Below, piece after piece: positions 8,962 to 18,654 of a DNA stretch of 64,000 nucleotides; positions within the stretch are counted from its first letter, which is position 1; each line of letters opens with the position of its first letter. The stretch comes from a virus: IMG/VR virus record IMGVR_UViG_2889676293_000002, positions 16 through 64,015 of that record. One strand, written 5' to 3'. The notes under the pieces are model-generated. The model saw nothing but the letters and a program-made list of their open reading frames with translations, searched no databases and was not told the origin of the DNA. The translations under genes were made by a program, and so were the position numbers.

Positions 8962-9228
8962 ATGCCAGTCAAACCCGCCAAGCCGCTACCCGTACCCATC
9001 GAAACGGGCTGCTACTACGAATTGCCAGTTGGCACGAATACGGCGCAAATGAAGGAGTATCGCCTGTGGGCCAAAATCTCATTCGGAAACTATGTGACCT
9101 GCGTTGGTCGCCGGTTGTTCTTCAACTTTACATGCAGCAAAGACAGAAATGACTTTCTGTCAGCAATGGAAAAGACGCTGAAAGCGAAGGGAACACCGGT
9201 TAAACGAACGTACCTGCAATCGCTATGA
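8962..9228 (+). CDS. Hypothetical protein
   Basis: Contiguous in the early operon. Confidence 0.6.
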   Translation: MPVKPAKPLPVPIETGCYYELPVGTNTAQMKEYRLWAKISFGNYVTCVGRRLFFNFTCSKDRNDFLSAMEKTLKAKGTPVKRTYLQSL

Positions 9229-9470
9229 GCTTCTACTACACACCTGAGCTGGGTACGTTCCATCTCAACGAAGCCAAGCCGCCAAGGGTAGTACCTGGCA
9301 ATGAACGCCACAAATGGGATGGCAAACCGGGCTGGGGCGAATCAGCTACCTGCGTTAAATGTGGGTGCATCAAGCGGCGCAAACGTACCCAGCCCGATTA
9401 TACCGAAACGTATCAGATGCCGGGCGCTGGCGAAGTCAGTGAGCGGCCAGCCTGTACGGGATCTACTTAG
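9225..9470 (+). CDS. Small Cys-containing protein (CxxC)
   Basis: ATGA overlap; RHKW...ATCVKCGC. Confidence 0.6.
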   Translation: MSFYYTPELGTFHLNEAKPPRVVPGNERHKWDGKPGWGESATCVKCGCIKRRKRTQPDYTETYQMPGAGEVSERPACTGST

Positions 9471-9471
9471 C

Positions 9472-9672
9472 CTACAGCGAATCCAGGTACGTTCTAAGCC
9501 GGGTCAGTACTGCCGCTGCCGTGTCGGCTCCCTGTCCTTTCGCTTTGATGCGCGCAATATTGAGCCTGACCATATTGGCCGCATCGTCGGTCGATTCAAA
9601 ACTCGAAAAGCGGATTTTGCCAGTGGGCAACTGTCTGCCCTCGAAATAAGCGATTAGTTCATCTGTATTCAT
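9472..9672 (-). CDS. Small hypothetical protein
   Basis: MNTDELIAYFEGRQLPTGKIR...; convergent with the early operon. Confidence 0.6.
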   Translation of the reverse strand: MNTDELIAYFEGRQLPTGKIRFSSFESTDDAANMVRLNIARIKAKGQGADTAAAVLTRLRTYLDSL

Positions 9673-9693
9673 ACTGCAAAGTTAACCGCCCCA

Positions 9694-9879
9694 ATGAACC
9701 ATTACCGCTATCTCGGCGATCGATACACCGATCAGGAGTTAAAAGGAGTTACCTGCACCGCTATTCGCAACGGTGCAGGTAAATGCACTCGGGGTCGTAA
9801 TGGCTCTATGCTGGTCGTGTTTGACTCCGGCCGCGTGGCCAATGTCATCGGACGACTATTTCGGAAGATTCCTGCTTAG
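9694..9879 (+). CDS. Small hypothetical protein
   Basis: YRYLGDRYTD...GKCTRGRNGSMLVVF. Confidence 0.6.
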   Translation: MNHYRYLGDRYTDQELKGVTCTAIRNGAGKCTRGRNGSMLVVFDSGRVANVIGRLFRKIPA

Positions 9880-9910
9880 CTTTGTTCCTCCACACTATAA
9901 CCACATAACA

Positions 9911-10618
9911 ATGTCTAACGAGACGTGGCAGTCTATCTGCAATTATGGTCAATATATCGCAGGTGTACTAACAGCCCTACTAGCTATCGGGAATATTTAT
10001 TTTGGCAATTTAGTCACCCTTCAGAATGATAGAGAAAAGGCGACGAACGGCCAACTTACTACTGGCAAAAAAATGTCTTCCGAGGATTGGGTTACTGTTG
10101 TTGTAGGAGGCGTGTCTATGACAAACTCGAAAAAGGCTTTTACTGACGGTGTAGACGTATCTACACTGATATCTGCCGATGGGATAGAGCCTGTGAAGCT
10201 TAGGGTTAGAGATGATAAAATTTATGTTTCAACCACTATCATTGGTTTGGACAAAAAGATAGTAGCAGAAATAGAGGATAATGAATGGTCCGTGAATCCT
10301 AACAACTATTATAAGAGAAATTACGACGATAATTCTGTTGAGGTGATTGATCAATACGGCCACGTAGTACTTTATGTTGAGCTAGTAAATCCCAATCTCG
10401 TCAAGGTTAACGGCGTGTTTATTACTCCCAGTTTTATATTTATAGCCTCGCCAGAAATGCTAACTACAATGGGGGGGTATCCGGATAAAGCCTCTTTAGG
10501 GGTTCAAGCTCAATGGCAGCAAGTATATGAGATGAGGGTTAAATCAATCCCCAAATCTTTTCGCCACACTGGATCTGATTATCTAGGCAAGAGAATTAGG
10601 CCCAAATTAGACGAATAG
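9911..10618 (+). CDS. AT-rich cargo protein: N-terminal TM helix plus beta-rich domain
   Basis: ATG 9911; YIAGVLTALLAIGNIYF TM segment; visibly more AT-rich than its neighbours. Confidence 0.7.
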   Translation: MSNETWQSICNYGQYIAGVLTALLAIGNIYFGNLVTLQNDREKATNGQLTTGKKMSSEDWVTVVVGGVSMTNSKKAFTDGVDVSTLISADGIEPVKLRVRDDKIYVSTTIIGLDKKIVAEIEDNEWSVNPNNYYKRNYDDNSVEVIDQYGHVVLYVELVNPNLVKVNGVFITPSFIFIASPEMLTTMGGYPDKASLGVQAQWQQVYEMRVKSIPKSFRHTGSDYLGKRIRPKLDE

Positions 10619-10843
10619 CCTTAATTCATATTGGTCATATATTGGTTGTTGCCCTATGAAACTGCACCCGACCTGATAAGCTGACGATTACCTGTTCGAT
10701 AATGGCTACAATCCATACCGGGCATTATAGTTGGCGTTTGTGCCCAAGTGGGTAGACCGGGTATTGCCGTGGTTGGTTGTGGCGATTGTAGTGTCAGGAA
10801 TGATCTACCGATTACTTGACTTACAACGAGAATCAGTACTGGT

Positions 10844-11518
10844 TTAAACAGGATTTCGGGTCATAAACAACTGTACCCCTTCGTGCATATTCTTTATAGT
10901 AGGCAAGTTGTATTGATCATAGTGACCATGTGCTGCATCGTTTCGAATGCCAAGCCAAGCTGTCACCTGTTTCTTGTCACTCAAATTATAGACTTCTTTT
11001 GATCCTAGCTCATTGTTGAGCGTGTCAGCTTTTTTTGGGTTTGACTTCCCATTTGGGTAAGCCTGCTCTAATTCGATGCCATTTTTTAGGCACAACTGGC
11101 GAAGGTGCTCTTCAAGGACACTCCCAATAATTACTGCAGCAGGATCTTTGTAATTTTCTACTAGTAAATGCGAAGCCATTTCCATAAAATCAGAAAAAAG
11201 TTCAGCAGAGACCAGCCCCTTCATAGTGTCGATATAACCCCTCTGAAGTTCAGTGAGAATGGCTCTCAATATTCCTAATCCGGTACTCAAGTCTCTCTCT
11301 CGATTTTCTTTACAGCCCTCTGTAAAAGCTATATAATACTGATCGTTTACGCCATAAATTGATTTTATCGCAGACAACCCTGACACTTTAAATCTCGCGA
11401 AGTCGGCGTAATTATATCGACCCTCGTCTCCATCAATTGAATTAAATGGTAGAGCATCCCAAGGTGCTGAAACAATAATATCGTGTACTCGTTGAACGAA
11501 GGCTTCTATTTTGGCCAT
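10844..11518 (-). CDS. HEPN-domain protein (DUF4145-like)
   Basis: AAVIIGSVLEEHLRQL...WLGIRNDAAHG (RxxxxH). Confidence 0.8.
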   Translation of the reverse strand: MAKIEAFVQRVHDIIVSAPWDALPFNSIDGDEGRYNYADFARFKVSGLSAIKSIYGVNDQYYIAFTEGCKENRERDLSTGLGILRAILTELQRGYIDTMKGLVSAELFSDFMEMASHLLVENYKDPAAVIIGSVLEEHLRQLCLKNGIELEQAYPNGKSNPKKADTLNNELGSKEVYNLSDKKQVTAWLGIRNDAAHGHYDQYNLPTIKNMHEGVQLFMTRNPV

Positions 11519-11589
11519 ACAGATAGGTGTTAAAGGTTGTTCGGTAAATCTACGTGTGCGCTGAGAAATATCAGTCTACCTTATAATAC

Positions 11590-11619
11590 AAAAGCCGGAT
11601 TCATCACGACCCGGCTTTT
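11590..11619. terminator. Intrinsic terminator after the lysis/GIY-YIG genes
   Basis: AAAAGCCGG-loop-CCGGCTTTT. Confidence 0.7.
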
Positions 11620-11667
11620 GCTGTTCAAACCCTTAACCTTTTACTAATTATCAATAGGCGCGACCGA

Positions 11668-12588
11668 TTACTTGGCATGTTTCCATAGGAAGCCCCCTGC
11701 ATGTCTGCTACTCCCTTTAATGTTTTTGTTAATTGAGGCTCGTGCAATTCCGGTATTCACCGATGCTTCCTTTATGCTATCCCATTGGCGAACGAACTCG
11801 CCTGTTATGGTATATTGATCAATGATGACTTTTGTTGTACAAGTTGCCCTGCTTTTTGCAATCTGTTCAGGCGTCGGCTTTACTCCTTTATTGGCGGGAG
11901 ACTTACCCATTCTAGCTAAACTCATCTTTAGCTTCGCCGACTCCGAAGCCTTGCTGCCGAGCAATCGCTGCTTCGTTTTTTCGCCAACCGATTTACGCCG
12001 TTCGGGAGTCTGAATGTAAATCCCTCGCGAATCGTACTGGGTTTCAATTATCATAGGAGGCTTCTCTTGATTAAATTTTAACCACAAAAAGCCCCCAGTA
12101 GAAAGCCCCTTACCCTGAACTCTGCAAATATTGCTATGACTCCCTCCGAAAGATTTGGCCGCTTCTTGGTATGAGGCAAAGGTCTGTATGTAGTTGCCTT
12201 GTAAGTCATATTGTGCAACCTGCTTTTGTAGTGCCTTGTTAGGCCTCCCCGCCAACACCCTTGATATTTGCGCCTTCGTTGCGACTGACAAGCGATCACT
12301 ACCAAGCCCCCCATTATCACCATTGTAAAGCTGATAGCCCCACGCCTTTATTTGGGCTATCCAGTAACATTCCCAAAACTGCCACTCATCGACTGGTACA
12401 ATATCGAGCACCTCCATAATTGGAGTTTCGCCCTTTTGAATAAGCGACCGTACCCAATTGCACTTACGTGTGCCTTCAAATTTTCGCAAGTGCAGGTTAC
12501 GCCTGTGCGTTAAATTATTAGCCTTCCCTACGTAGCGAATCTGTCCGTTTAGGGGATCTGTAAGGGTATAAATAAAGGTCGTTTCCAT
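11668..12588 (-). CDS. GIY-YIG endonuclease with NUMOD1/NUMOD3-like repeats
   Basis: ATG 12588 METTFIYTLTDP...RYVGKANNL..R..H; QYDLQGNYIQTFAS..EAA; PANKG; QYTITGEFVRQWDSIKEAS. Confidence 0.85.
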   Translation of the reverse strand: METTFIYTLTDPLNGQIRYVGKANNLTHRRNLHLRKFEGTRKCNWVRSLIQKGETPIMEVLDIVPVDEWQFWECYWIAQIKAWGYQLYNGDNGGLGSDRLSVATKAQISRVLAGRPNKALQKQVAQYDLQGNYIQTFASYQEAAKSFGGSHSNICRVQGKGLSTGGFLWLKFNQEKPPMIIETQYDSRGIYIQTPERRKSVGEKTKQRLLGSKASESAKLKMSLARMGKSPANKGVKPTPEQIAKSRATCTTKVIIDQYTITGEFVRQWDSIKEASVNTGIARASINKNIKGSSRHAGGFLWKHAK

Positions 12589-12626
12589 ACCTCCAATATA
12601 ACCAATGATACAGAATAAAGCTATTA

Positions 12627-13073
12627 TTAAGTTGCCGTAAACAGGGCTTTTCTGTTTTCTACTAAGCTCACAAAAGAAACATGCACCCATCCCGGATTGC
12701 CGTTTGCATCCGGATATTCCAAGCCAAGTTGATCGAATGACATATTGGCTTTGATGTAGGCATGCAGCGCCTTGTTGCCAATAACCTTAATGCCATCGCA
12801 GTCAATATCTATCGCAGCGCCTACCATATGCTGCGAGGTCTTGGAGCCGCCAACAGCCTTGTTTAGTTCAGCACAACGGAAAAACGAACTAACAGGCAGT
12901 TTGCCGAATCGCTTGCACAAGGGCGCATATATGTTGTCATACACGGCCTTCATTCTTGCGTATTGAGCAGCAGTGGGCACGTTGGCAATGCCTTTGCGTC
13001 GGGCTGTATCTGACCGGATTGCCTCGGCGTAGGTCAACCAGGGGCCGAAATCAGGGAATGATTGTTTGCTCAT
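12627..13073 (-). CDS. Endolysin, peptidase M15 family
   Basis: SSFFRC..LNKAVGGSKTSQHMVGAAIDI...GWVHVSF. Confidence 0.9.
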   Translation of the reverse strand: MSKQSFPDFGPWLTYAEAIRSDTARRKGIANVPTAAQYARMKAVYDNIYAPLCKRFGKLPVSSFFRCAELNKAVGGSKTSQHMVGAAIDIDCDGIKVIGNKALHAYIKANMSFDQLGLEYPDANGNPGWVHVSFVSLVENRKALFTAT

Positions 13074-13540
13074 CGCGGTATGAATTGAATGGTGCGCAGG
13101 ATAATGTCAGCCCAGCCAACCCATGCCGCCGTTTTGGCTACTTTGCGTAGCCCCTTTCCAACGATGGTACGGCCCTCGATTTTGTAGAGTCGTGCCTGCA
13201 AACTATCGGCCCGGTTGCGCTGCTGCACCTCGCCGTTAGCCAGTAGTACGTTGGCCTGCATCGTTACCGTCAGGTCGTTATCGAGCCGGGCCGAAACGGT
13301 AGTCAGGCTATCGATTTCGTGCTTCTTTTCGGCAATCACGGTTTTGCTCTCCTTTCGGGTTTCTTCGAGTGTCCACCGGCAGAAGTTGAGGTCTTTCTGA
13401 AGCTGAATGACCTGATTGATGGGGTCAGGTACGTAGGGTGGAATCTGCGCTTTAGCGGAAAAGGCCAGCAGCAAGGTGCCCACTACAAACAGGCCCAGCA
13501 GAAACCGGGCGAAGGCGAAAGGATTGAGGCGAAGTCTCAT
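13070..13540 (-). CDS. Membrane-anchored or secreted coiled-coil protein (spanin-like)
   Basis: Hydrophobic N-terminus plus coiled coil, inside the lysis cassette. Confidence 0.45.
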   Translation of the reverse strand: MRLRLNPFAFARFLLGLFVVGTLLLAFSAKAQIPPYVPDPINQVIQLQKDLNFCRWTLEETRKESKTVIAEKKHEIDSLTTVSARLDNDLTVTMQANVLLANGEVQQRNRADSLQARLYKIEGRTIVGKGLRKVAKTAAWVGWADIILRTIQFIPR

Positions 13541-14035
13541 TTACGGATTGAGTCTATTGAGCGAATCAAGTCTTGATTCCGCCCGGGTTGGTTGCGATTT
13601 CTGTGCGGGTGGCGCTGGTTTCGGGGGAAACATAAAGTGCAGGCCGATGAGCAGGGCTGCACAGCCGAGCAGCACCCAGGGCAGCGTCTTTTTGATTTCT
13701 CCCTGCGCCCGTTCGCCGACGGTGCCTGACAGGCTTTTCCAGTAGAAGACCAGCGCACTAACGCCGTGAATGACTAGCGCCAGCAGAAACAGAATCCACA
13801 GGTTTTTATAGTCATTTGGCAGGGCGTAGGACGTACCCAGTATTAGGACAGTGACCATGAGTAACAGAAACTCAGTAGTCCGATAGGCGCGTGAGCGGCC
13901 CCTGACGAAATGATGCAACAGGGCAAGCGTAACGGCAAAAATGACCAGCAGGACGCGCACGGCCTGTAGCTCAATGCCTGCGGATAGCGTGGCAGCCAAT
14001 AAAAAGGCACCCGCTGCATACACGAGGTAATTCAT
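13541..14035 (-). CDS. Multi-pass membrane protein (holin/antiholin-like)
   Basis: About five hydrophobic segments; lysis cassette. Confidence 0.5.
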   Translation of the reverse strand: MNYLVYAAGAFLLAATLSAGIELQAVRVLLVIFAVTLALLHHFVRGRSRAYRTTEFLLLMVTVLILGTSYALPNDYKNLWILFLLALVIHGVSALVFYWKSLSGTVGERAQGEIKKTLPWVLLGCAALLIGLHFMFPPKPAPPAQKSQPTRAESRLDSLNRLNP

Positions 14036-14457
14036 GATTCGTTGTCGGTTGGTTTCGTAGTCTTTGTTCCAATTCGTTTCAGGATTACGTTGAGTTGTTC
14101 AATCAGTATGTCTCTAAATTGGCTCCAGATCCAGAACCCGACCGTGAGCCTGTTCGCCCGGGCATATCGTAGTAGATCGAGGAAGGTGTCAGCCAGCAAG
14201 TGGCCAATCAAACCGCCCACCGCATAGAGTAAGGCTGACCAGATGTCGAGCGTTTGCCATTTGATGACCGACGAAGCGATCAGGAAGCCAAACACCCACC
14301 CCCCGACAATGGCCCGGCATTTGCGCCACAGGCCTACCTCGTCGTTACCCAGCGCATACGCTGCGCCCAGTAGGGATAGAAATCCGTAGAGGTAGATCAC
14401 CTCTAACTTTAGAATGGTGGCCCACAGTTGCCCGAGGGCTGACAGAGTCGGAGGCAT
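14032..14457 (-). CDS. Holin-like protein
   Basis: Three TM segments, charged C-terminus; first gene of the lysis cassette. Confidence 0.6.
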   Translation of the reverse strand: MPPTLSALGQLWATILKLEVIYLYGFLSLLGAAYALGNDEVGLWRKCRAIVGGWVFGFLIASSVIKWQTLDIWSALLYAVGGLIGHLLADTFLDLLRYARANRLTVGFWIWSQFRDILIEQLNVILKRIGTKTTKPTDNES

Positions 14458-14519
14458 GAAGTGAAGATCTCATATGGTTAGATATCCGGCATTGGGAGGC
14501 TGACCAACACCGGTACGCG

Positions 14520-16124
14520 TTACTTTTTAATGACGATCCGAACCCGCTTGCTGCCGTTTTCGGTGGCTGCGTTGAACTCAGGAAAGGCCTGTTTCTGGCC
14601 ATTCATCCACGTATCGTTGACCAGTCGTGCCCAATCCACTGTATACGTTGCCTGGTAGCTATTACTGACGGGCAGACTCAGCGATGCCACGATCGCAGGC
14701 GTCAGGATATTGGTGATCCGTGGCTTTGCCTCAGCGGCCCCTTTGCCGGGTGGGTATATCTGATGGATACAGGCCATTGAACCGCCGGCCCGGTAGAACT
14801 CTTCGATCTGGTAGATTTGCTCGCTCAGGTCGTGCCAGTTGCCGTCAACCTCTGTAGCCGCAAACCGGCGCGGGCTGTAGTCCCGTAGTGACAGCGCGAC
14901 CGACCGCCGCAGGTCGTAGTTGGGCTGATCGTTTTGTTTGATGCCATCCGCATCGATGAGTGGCGCAATGGTCATAGTGCCCCGGGCAATTGACAGCGGA
15001 TCAAACAGGCTGCCGTACTCGGTCGCCGTGTAGAGCTTGCCTGATACGGCCTTGACTGTTTTATCAAACCGGTTAGCCAGATTAGCGATTGACTGCTCTC
15101 TGTGGCTATACAAATCTTTTTGCGCGTTGCTGAAGAAGGAGATCAAATGCCCCTCACCCGATACGGCTGGAAACTGCACCTGGTCGAAATTGGCGTAGCT
15201 GGCTCCCCATGACTTGTTGAGCGAACCGACAGAGTTGTATTTGGCCCGTAACCGCTCCCGGAACACGGCTAGCGAAGCATCCGAGAAATCGTACGTTGTC
15301 TGGTAGCCTGCCCCGTTGATCTGGTTGTCCATCGGGAAGCAGCCTTCCTGCCTAACATTGGTTACCAGCGAGAAGCCCAGCACGACGTTCGCGTACGGGC
15401 TGGCCTGCACGTGGCGAACCGCTGCGGTCACGAAGCCGTCAACTTTGGACAGAAAGCCTTCAGAATCGAATGACCCCATGTAGGCGCCGGCATCGTTGCA
15501 GACCCGCCCTTGCAGGTCGCGAATCATTTCGCTCTCGTCGATGAAGGCTTTGCCCGATCGCTGCTTGTTGCTATTGTCCGAGCGTGCCATCGCGATTCTA
15601 AACCACACCTTTAGCCCGTTGGCGGCTGCCTTGGCCAGCAGATCATCGTAGAGCCGAAAGTCGTACTGTCCATCGGCCAGCGTTGCCGGTTCGGCCCGGT
15701 TCCAGTCCAGCGAGGCATGCACGTAGTTGGCCCCCTTTTGCGCCGAGTAGGTTAATAGCTCCTGATCGTCAGCTGTCATGCTGCCGTCGGCCTGCTGGTT
15801 GAACAGCATCAGACCCAAACCCAGCCAGCGCCGGGTTGGTACCTTGTGATCAGTAAAGCCCGTAGTTACCGGCTGAACGTTTAGCTCCGGCACGATAACG
15901 ACCGGTTTGGTTACGGGTTTAGTAGCCTCGACGCTGACGGCATCGACGGGCGCAACGACGGCTGCAGCTGCGTTTTCAACGCGTACAGTAATGGTCTGCG
16001 TGGGTGCGGTAATGGTAATAACCGTGGCATTGCCGTCGGCTTTGCTGCTGACAGTTTGCTGGGCAAAACTGATGCTGCTGATCAGCAGCAGGGCCAGTAA
16101 TCGGACGTGGCGAAATGGGTTCAT
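14520..16124 (-). CDS. Secreted TIM-barrel glycoside hydrolase (GH42/GH14-like)
   Basis: Signal peptide ending SFAQ; DWNRAEP...GQYDF..YD.LL..AAANGLKV; FRERLRAKYNSVGSLNKSWG. Confidence 0.7.
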   Translation of the reverse strand: MNPFRHVRLLALLLISSISFAQQTVSSKADGNATVITITAPTQTITVRVENAAAAVVAPVDAVSVEATKPVTKPVVIVPELNVQPVTTGFTDHKVPTRRWLGLGLMLFNQQADGSMTADDQELLTYSAQKGANYVHASLDWNRAEPATLADGQYDFRLYDDLLAKAAANGLKVWFRIAMARSDNSNKQRSGKAFIDESEMIRDLQGRVCNDAGAYMGSFDSEGFLSKVDGFVTAAVRHVQASPYANVVLGFSLVTNVRQEGCFPMDNQINGAGYQTTYDFSDASLAVFRERLRAKYNSVGSLNKSWGASYANFDQVQFPAVSGEGHLISFFSNAQKDLYSHREQSIANLANRFDKTVKAVSGKLYTATEYGSLFDPLSIARGTMTIAPLIDADGIKQNDQPNYDLRRSVALSLRDYSPRRFAATEVDGNWHDLSEQIYQIEEFYRAGGSMACIHQIYPPGKGAAEAKPRITNILTPAIVASLSLPVSNSYQATYTVDWARLVNDTWMNGQKQAFPEFNAATENGSKRVRIVIKK

Positions 16125-16140
16125 GTAGATGTAAGGAGAA

Positions 16141-16186
16141 AAAAAGAGCCAGCCACCGACGGTTGCGCCTGCGGCTGGCTCTTTTT
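16141..16186 (-). terminator. Terminator after the major capsid gene
   Basis: AAAAAGAGCCAGCC...GGCTGGCTCTTTTT. Confidence 0.7.
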
Positions 16187-16209
16187 AGGTGAATCAGTCA
16201 GTTTGATGC

Positions 16210-17385
16210 CTACGCCGCCGTTACCAGCTTCGCCCGGAAAATGCCGGTGTGCGTTTCCCAGCCGCCATAGTTCTTGATGAGGCCCGCAGGACGGGCAAAC
16301 ACGCCGAACTTGATCGATGGAATGATGTTCACAATTGGGTATGCCGCCGTGCTCAGAAGCTGCTCAACGCGCAAATCCATTTCCAGACCGAACGTAGGCG
16401 CCATGCTCTGCGCGATGTTCACGTCACAGTTGCCGAAGTACGTGTTGTTGTGTTCTTCCATTGGAATGACGCCGCCCTCGTTAAGCGGAGCGTGTTCCAG
16501 CCACGACTCAAAGCAGAATGCACCCGCTTCGATCACGCAGACCTGATCGGTACCAAACAACACGTCGACGCGAGGCTCGTAGTAGAATTCTACGTCGAGG
16601 TCTTCCATCATTTTCTCGTAATCGTAGCCGAGCGAGGCAGCCGAAGCAATACCCTTACGATTGAACCACGTTTGCGGCTTCAAGCCACCTACTACGATCA
16701 GACGGCCGGCGATGTTGTGAATCACCCGCAGGTTTTTCAGCCAGTCGTAAAAGTCGGTATGCAACGAACCGTCAGCCTTGAAACCGTTCACGTTAGGTAC
16801 TGCCAGGTTGGCGGGCGACGCCGCCCCAATCATGAGATTACCACCGGCAGCGGCCAGCAGTGCCGTACCGACAGCCGTATTGACTGACTGAAGCAGCGGG
16901 TCAATCTTGCGGCAGATTTCATCACCCATATTGCTGAGCAGTGAGAAGCCTTTCACTTTGGGCGTAAACTCAGACGGGTTCGTCAGGTACGTCTCAGCCG
17001 CCTTTTCCAGTCCCAGCATATCCATCACACCGTACTTGTGCTTTTGCTCCCGGTGCAGGGCATAGTTCACAAGCAGCGAGGTAGCTGCCGTGGGCGTGGT
17101 GCCACTCGATCCAGCAACGGCGCGGGTCGTGTCAACGGTCATGTCGACCATTGGCCGGTAGCTCAGGCGAACCTGCGCCGTTGGCGTAGACCCTGTCTGA
17201 TCGACCGACAACCGACCGTCATTGTTGGCATTACGGGGATTCATGTCCGTAATCAATTCGGCATTTTGGGGGCTACGCGCTGCCTGCAAAAAACCATTGG
17301 TCGAGAACCGACGACCGTTATTAATCGTGCGGGCGATAGCCGTTTCAGCAATGCGCGCCAAATTCAAGTTAATTCCGTTTGCCAC
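16210..17385 (-). CDS. Major capsid protein (putative)
   Basis: 391 aa; follows portal, head-morphogenesis and scaffold genes; terminator immediately after. Confidence 0.7.
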   Translation of the reverse strand: MANGINLNLARIAETAIARTINNGRRFSTNGFLQAARSPQNAELITDMNPRNANNDGRLSVDQTGSTPTAQVRLSYRPMVDMTVDTTRAVAGSSGTTPTAATSLLVNYALHREQKHKYGVMDMLGLEKAAETYLTNPSEFTPKVKGFSLLSNMGDEICRKIDPLLQSVNTAVGTALLAAAGGNLMIGAASPANLAVPNVNGFKADGSLHTDFYDWLKNLRVIHNIAGRLIVVGGLKPQTWFNRKGIASAASLGYDYEKMMEDLDVEFYYEPRVDVLFGTDQVCVIEAGAFCFESWLEHAPLNEGGVIPMEEHNNTYFGNCDVNIAQSMAPTFGLEMDLRVEQLLSTAAYPIVNIIPSIKFGVFARPAGLIKNYGGWETHTGIFRAKLVTAA

Positions 17386-17421
17386 GTGTGTTGCGTGTTT
17401 AAGGCATTGCTGCCGGTTGTG

Positions 17422-18255
17422 TTATTGATTCTCAGCCCGCCGTTCAGCCCGCTCCCGGGCGTTCTTTTGGGCTGGTGTTTCTTCGCCCTGCTCAGCCTTT
17501 TTGCCCGGTATCTCGACTATGGTAGTCGGTGCCGCATTGGAGACTTTCAGGTAGTTTTTTTCTTTGAGCGACTGCTCCAGTAAGTCGGCGACCGATGCTG
17601 GTTTGTTGGCGACAAACAACTCAGCCGTTGTATCATCCTTGCGCATGATCTTGCCTGTTGTTACGTCGAGAACACCGCCCACTGAATCGATCTTACGCTC
17701 AAAAGCTTTGATCGCCAGCAGGCCATCTTCTTCTTTCACGGTATCGATCACGTCGGCGCGTCCGGTAATGGTTGCCGTTAATTTGTCGTAAAAGCGGTCG
17801 CGGGCAAACTGGCCTTTCAGCGTCGTTTCCTTCGTTTCCGATTCCTGCTTAATGCGAAGAATTTCCGCATTCAGATCACTGATGGTTTTGGCCGCTTCGC
17901 CTGGTGTAGCACCCTGCGTCTTAAGCCCTTTTACTTTTTCAATCAGCTTGACCAGTTTCTTGGTCGTCATCTTGTCACCCTTCAGGGATTCGATTTCGTC
18001 CGGTTCCAGAAAGTCAGCCAGTACGGGATTCAGTAGCGAATCGATGCCGTTTAAGGCCCGAGCCGTTAGCGTTCCCTTAATTGTTGGCCGGTTCTCGGCT
18101 TCCGATTCGGTAATCAGATTGTTGTCGATGGCGTTGGCCACATCATCGTCAATGTCGATGTCAGCGACTTTTGCCAGTTCGGCAGTGAGTTTTGCGGCAT
18201 CGATGGCATTGCCAACTTTACCCGCCTGTTTTTCAAGAAAGTCCTTGAGTTTCAT
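17422..18255 (-). CDS. Capsid scaffold protein (putative)
   Basis: Charged, helical; directly upstream of the capsid gene. Confidence 0.65.
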   Translation of the reverse strand: MKLKDFLEKQAGKVGNAIDAAKLTAELAKVADIDIDDDVANAIDNNLITESEAENRPTIKGTLTARALNGIDSLLNPVLADFLEPDEIESLKGDKMTTKKLVKLIEKVKGLKTQGATPGEAAKTISDLNAEILRIKQESETKETTLKGQFARDRFYDKLTATITGRADVIDTVKEEDGLLAIKAFERKIDSVGGVLDVTTGKIMRKDDTTAELFVANKPASVADLLEQSLKEKNYLKVSNAAPTTIVEIPGKKAEQGEETPAQKNARERAERRAENQ

Positions 18256-18330
18256 TGTGTGTTTGCAGGCAATGCCTGCCAGTTATTCGTATGTAGTGGT
18301 AATGTGGTACTGTGGTGGTCGTCGGAAAGA

Positions 18331-18654
18331 CTAGGCCGCTGGCTCTTCTTCCTCTTTGATGTTGTCAGCTACAATCGCGTCACCGAGGCCAGGCACCTGA
18401 ATTGCGTTACCGAGGTCATCCTTCTCTTTGCTGTATTTCACCGTGCCTAATAGCGACACTGTGCGGCTGAGAAGTGGGCTATAGCCTTCTCCGTCAAGTT
18501 CCTTGGCGAGTTCGTCGTAAGCCGCCTTCGTCATGAAAGCTTTGCGGGCCTTTTCGTTGGTGACCACCTTGCCGTTTTGGGTGCTCGAAATCGCGCCCAA
18601 CTCTACCGTTACCTCGTCAGAGGGTTTCATTTCACTCAGCTTCTTGTTAGCCAT
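18331..18654 (-). CDS. Hypothetical head-region protein
   Basis: In the head module; overlaps the previous gene. Confidence 0.6.
   Translation of the reverse strand: MANKKLSEMKPSDEVTVELGAISSTQNGKVVTNEKARKAFMTKAAYDELAKELDGEGYSPLLSRTVSLLGTVKYSKEKDDLGNAIQVPGLGDAIVADNIKEEEEPAA

Noticed and set aside
11668-13073. Group I intron carrying the GIY-YIG gene
   Set aside because: The endolysin is complete upstream and no split exon is evident; the endonuclease appears free-standing.
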